Shown here in pieces: positions 58,801 to 64,000 of a DNA stretch of 64,000 nt. This DNA is from Macrostomum lignano. Taxonomy: Eukaryota. Where the stretch lies: the NCBI GenBank assembly GCA_002269645.1, contig NIVC01001004.1:1-64000 (forward strand). Reading direction: 5' to 3'. The stretch's first letter is position 1. Each line of letters starts with the position of its first letter. The position numbers and the translations under genes were made by a program. The notes beneath the pieces were generated by a model. It ran no database searches, was not told the origin of the DNA, and was given only the letters and a program-made list of their open reading frames with translations.

Positions 58801-61800
58801 CGGATCACATGGAAAGGTTGCGGAGAATTTTGGAGAAAATTCTGGTAGACGCAATAAAATTTTTGTTGCGAATTTTGGAAGACGCAAAATTTTGGAAGAC
58901 GAAATAAAAAAGGCCACTGAATTGTGCGCTTATGGGGGTCACGGAAATCAAGTATCCAACGGTGACCAACGGGCGGTTAAGCCATTTCTTCGGATAGAGT
59001 CGAATCTTAAAAAAATTTCCTGCGGTGCCAAAATGAGTGCCTGTGGCGCTAAAATGAGTGCCTGTGGCGCTAAAATGAGTGCCTGTGGCGCTAAAATGAG
59101 TGCCTACGGCGCCAAAATGAGTGCCTGTGGCGCTAAAAGGAGTGCCTGTGGCGCTAAAATGAGTGCCTGTGGCGCTAAAATGAGTGCCTGCGGCGCCAAA
59201 ATGAGTGCCTGTGGCGCTAAAATGAGTGCCTGTGGCGCCAAAATGAGTGCCTGCGGCGCCAAAATGAGTGCCTGTGGCGCTAAAAGGAATACCTGCGGCG
59301 CCAAAATGAGTGCCTGCGGCGCCAAAATGAGTGCCTGTGGCGCTAAAAGGAATACCTGCGGCGCCAAAATGAGTGTCTGCGGCGCCAAAATGAGTGCCTG
59401 CGGCGCCAAAATGAGTGCCTGCGGCGCCAAAATGAGTGCCTGTGGCGCTAAAAGGAATACCTGCGGCGCCAAAATGAGTGCCTGCGGCGCCAAAATGAGT
59501 GCCTGTGGCGCTAAAATGAGTGCCTGTGGCGCCAAAATGAGTGCCTGCGGCGCCAAAATGAGTGCCTGTGGCGCTAAAAGGAATACCTGCGGCGCCAAAA
59601 TGAGTGTCTGCGGCGCCAAAATGAGTGCCTGCGGCGCCAAAATGAGTGCCTGCGGCGCCAAAATGAGTGCCTGTGGCGCTAAAAGGAATACCTGCGGCGC
59701 CGAAATGAGTGCCTGCGGCGCCAAAATGAGTGCCTGTGGCGCTAAAATGAGTGCCTGTGGCGCCAAAATGAGTGCCTGCGGCGCCAAAATGAGTGCCTTC
59801 AGCGCTAAAATGAGTGCCTGCGGCGCCAAAATGAGTGCCTGTGGCGCTAAAAGGAATACCTGCGGCGCCAAAATGAGTGCCTGCGGCGCCAAAATGAGTG
59901 CCTGCGGCGCCAAAATGAGTGCCTGAGGCGCCAAAATGAGTGCCTGCGGAATGAAAACCAACAGTTGCCACTGTTGTCGATCATTAACTATTTACTAGCC
60001 TCTGTAGTCAGCCTTCTTTACTCCTATTAGCACTGTTATTGTTTTAGTATAGTGTGGTCGACTGTCAGTCTGCGATTGGTGCACCTGTACGCTTAACCTC
60101 AGCCTTGTTTTTTGCTATTGCTATTTGCTATTTGCTATTGTAGAAATTGTAGAATCGATCGGCAATCAGTGACTGACAGTGTTGCAGAACTTGCAGCATG
60201 ATAATTGACTAAATAATATCATTTTAATGATAATTACTAATTATTATAAGCTAATTAATATAGTATATATGGGCGCAGGCTATTTTAAAAAGTTCTAAAA
60301 ACTTACTTTAAGATCGAAAGTATTAATTATTTCAGCTTAATTGACCTAAAAGTGAAGTATTTATCATTACTCTCTGTAAAACTACGCAACAATTTCATTC
60401 ATTTTAACAAAATTTTGATTGTTTGCATACTCAAAATTTTAAAAGTAAAGGACTATCGGATTATCGGGAAAATTTGAAAATTGTATCGGAAGTTACCGAA
60501 GTCCGATAGCCGTCAAAAAGTATCGACTTCCGATACTCCGATACCCAAAAGGTATCGCCGACACTGGTAGTATCGGAGTATCGGAGTATCGGAATTGTGC
60601 CCAACACTAGTAAACATAATATACGAAAGATGTTTCATAAGCAATGAGAATGAGAGTGGATGGTGTGATAACTCCTGGATATATGGGGCAGAGTTTAGCC
60701 AACATTTTAAAGCCAACAATTTTGCAAATACTGGTAGACTCACTTAAAAGACTTCAAGGCTCATAAACCAAAAAATCCCAGGAAAATTTTCGCCCAGAGA
60801 GTCGACAGAGTAGGTAACGAGTAGACAGGTAGACAGGTTACCCATTCAAAAAGTCATGATAAAACTTTTCGTTACTTTTGGAAAACCCTCTAAAATCGCT
60901 GTCTGCAGCCAAGGCCCAGTCTCCTTTTTCCTTTTTTCCTTTTGCTTTTCTCTGGGAAAGGAAACGAAATGATGGTCACAGATACGCTCTCCGCAAATTA
61001 ATTGTATATTTTCATTTATGAATATGACAAATATACGACATGCGCCCATAGTAACTAAATTGTCCCTAAACCTACACCTGCCAGGTTGTGAAAATGCTGA
61101 TTATTGTGGTCCTACTGTTCGCCATCTGCTGGCTGCCGCTGCACATATTCAACGTGCTGGTGGACTATACCCAGGTGCAGGCGTGGCTGGACAGCGTCAC
61201 CCTGGAGAGGATTTTTGTCGCATTCCACTGGACCGCCATGGCCAACTCGTTCGTCAATCCAATCGTCTACGGATTCCTGAACGACTCTTTTCGGGTGAGA
61301 GTTCGATGAGGAAAGACGCTGAGATTCTTTTTTAAACCCTATATTAGACACCGAAAGTCGGGCGTGCATTCATCAAGGACCTCTCAAGTACAAGGACGAT
61401 AAACTATACGTTTCTTGGAAATTTCAAGAGACAGGTTTTACCGAAAAATACATTACGGAGATAGGGGGATTGATAAATTAAATTCAGAAAACTAAAATTT
61501 TAGTTTAAAAATTTCCCAAATTTTTCCAAGAAATGTAGCTTCTCGTCTAAATTGGAAGGACTTAGTGACGTACGCCAGAAACGAATGACCGCAGATCAAC
61601 ATTTATTACCTTGGACGCGATATCTACTGACCCAGAAAATCCAGTTAGGGACTTAGGCCTTCTGTGACTTTATCATTAAGCTTATAGAATTTTATTTACA
61701 ATTTAGAGTCGATACAGGGGGGGGAGGGGCGAGATGAGGCGGTGGCTAAGGCAAAACTATGAAGAAGACTGCAAGACTTCTTACTTTTTCTCGAATCAAT

Positions 61801-62416
61801 ATTAGCCACTGATAATGTGCTTCTTAATCAACCTAGCCATGTGGAGCGACCAGATCTGCACAGTCTGATAAGCTCGCATGGTAGCGAATGTAAACAGTTC
61901 GCCATCACCCCTCTGCTTGGAGCGATTTTCCAATAGGCACCTCGCGTTTCTGTCGATTTTTTGGGAAAAGATTAAAATCTTCCCCCTGAGACGTGCGAAG
62001 AACAACAAGCAGCTTTATTGTTAGTATCATCATCAGAAAGCCAATCTGCTGCGTTATTAATCCTGCGTACGGTTTAGAACGACCTCGCCACGCTGATGAA
62101 GCCAGTCTGCCGGGCACTGCCCAGCTGCCTCCGCCGCGGCTGCCAGCTGACGCCCCTGCCCGCAGCCTCCGCAGTTGAACATTCGAGGCATCCAAGACCG
62201 ATCTGCGACCGCGACCGCGACTACCGCACTCTGGGCGGGTCCGTCTTCGAGCTGCAGGACGTTCCCGGCGGCGCAGTCTCAACTGGCGTCACACAGGGGC
62301 CGATGATTCTGGCCGACCCTGACAGAGGCGATGAAGACCGGCAGCAGCTGATGCAGCACAGACAGCAGAGCAGGAGAGTTGGAACTGTTTTGACACAGTT
62401 TGTGACGCAGTTGTAG
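52872..62416 (+). CDS. Class A neuropeptide-type GPCR (tachykinin/NPY/GPR83-luqin-like group). Exons 52872-53666, 61085-61294, 62078-62416 (~447 aa)
   Basis: TM1 GN, TM2 LAVADL..FCLPF, DRF, ECL2 Cys, TM5 YLLP, KRK|VVKML, CWLP and HWTAMANSFVNPIVYGFLN. Phase-0 junctions. First donor is AAG|GCAAGT. Confidence 0.92.
53700..54740 (-). mobile_element. Degenerate LINE (RTE-like) reverse transcriptase fragment in GPCR intron 1
   Basis: Minus-strand fragments DKEALRVEC..LYRYVR, PTIR*IERAVRSLK, FDTVD and EHLGC occur in the expected order, with stops and frameshifts. Confidence 0.6.
56400..56800 (-). mobile_element. Possible gag-like relic
   Basis: Broken frame containing KCYGCLQPDELMKRD, resembling a decayed CCHC knuckle. 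Confidence 0.3.
58420..59010 (+). mobile_element. Ty3/Gypsy reverse transcriptase relic
   Basis: YFSTLDAKSEHYQMPLNDKEK, then YCMDDVVRLYRTCSDHMERLRRILEKI (YxDD motif), then GGHGNQVSNG..AVKPFL; frameshifted. Confidence 0.8.
59018..59950. repeat. 21-bp minisatellite (ggcgccaaaatgagtgcctgc) x~44
   Basis: Read directly from the sequence. Confidence 0.97.
60450..60611. mobile_element. Probable DNA-transposon terminal fragment with TATCGG/CCGATA subterminal repeats
   Basis: Clustered inverted gtatcgga/tccgatac motifs ending in GCCCAACACTAG; no partner terminus found. Confidence 0.35.
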
Positions 62417-63436
62417 TGTTCCATGCGAGTGTTTTATGCACAGTAAATTATTTTGCGAACTTGCAGCACAGTTTTGCATATGACGCATCGCTATGTAAAG
62501 AAAAAGTTCAAGGCAGTGTTTTTTTTCAAACTGAAAAAAATAGTCGTCAAAGACAGCTGTTCAAAGTGAATGTACTCGTATAACTACGTAGAAGAGGCTG
62601 AACACTTCTATTGGGCAGAATTCTCAGATTTAGAAAACTGAGGGCACCCTTCGGCGACATGGTCCCACAGACAGCGCTGACGACAATTCTGCCCATTCCG
62701 AGCTGACTTCTGAGCAAAAACAAGAAGTTTATCTATTTGCTAACTGGTTGATTGGATTGCAATTTGAGGACCTGTAAGATAACTGTCATGTCCCTGTAGA
62801 CTTGGATGCAGCAGACACAGACATCGGGTCCAGTTTCATTCCCTGCAAGTCAGCTTTGCTCTTTTTAGTTGAGCCGGGCAACTAGGGAGCTCAAGTCACA
62901 AGCAAATTGAAAAAGTTGAGTAGCAAAACTGACTGAGGCTTGGAGAAATTGAAGAAATTGTAACCCAACTTGAGCTGATGAGCAAGATAAAAAATAGTTA
63001 GCCAACAGGGCGCAAGAGGGAAGGCACAGGCGTGGCGACAAAGGCAGCGGACGAAACGAGTCCTGCGATAGCGAATATATTTTAGGATTTGAGGCGATTA
63101 AAAGGGAAGTCACGAAGCAACGAAATAAAAGCATTACAAGAAAAATAATTTAAAAAAATTTTTACGAGCCAAAGCGCTCTCGCAGCGCGCACGAGAGAGC
63201 GTGAGCGCACAAATAAAAAGGGGCCGACGCCGCCCACCCCCAACCCAACACCCCCGCCTGCCGGCCGGCACACAGCACCCCACCTTGCGGCAGGGGTGCA
63301 CACGCGCGGGCCGCACGCACAGACGGGCGGAGGGGCGGCCCCGTCGGCTAAACACGATTACAGAGCCAGTTAAAACCGGCCCCTGAAATCGCAACCTCGC
63401 AACGCAAGAAGAAAATAGACTCTGTTATAGAGACGC

Positions 63437-64000
<564 letters not shown>

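Noticed and set aside
62975-63063. Hammerhead ribozyme (CTGATGAG ... GGACGAAAC)
   Set aside because: Stem II does not pair beyond one base pair, and I cannot form stems I and III.
62865-63394. Coding exons in the GC-rich segment near the right edge
   Set aside because: Short ORFs with no recognisable motifs; it may be regulatory or UTR, but this cannot be supported from sequence alone.

Overview
Eukaryotic (animal) genomic DNA with GC-rich exons and introns packed with micro- and minisatellites. The style is most like the flatworm Macrostomum lignano; this is an inference from composition only. Supported host genes, in order: an ankyrin-repeat/SOCS-box (ASB-type) gene (+); COX15 (+, with a 1-nt frameshift in its last exon); an orphan S/T/K/A-repeat ORF (-); ITPK1 (+); three SLC22-type transporters with intron-free CDSs (two -, one +) plus a fourth relic; a small orphan ORF with predicted N-terminal acylation (+); and a 3-exon neuropeptide-type GPCR whose first coding intron is GC-AG (+). 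Mobile DNA: a decayed hAT transposase in a CpG-depleted block, a younger nested TIR element, a cleanly bounded non-autonomous Helitron, three MITEs, two tRNA-derived SINEs, and LINE and Gypsy relics. There are about 20 tandem arrays, many with 20-24 bp units. I found no rRNA, true tRNA gene or CRISPR array. I cannot support one dramatic new system. The best leads are the two orphan ORFs, the SLC22 cluster, the ASB-COX15 junction and frameshift, the Helitron structure and the CpG contrast. Exon boundaries and counts were read by eye.
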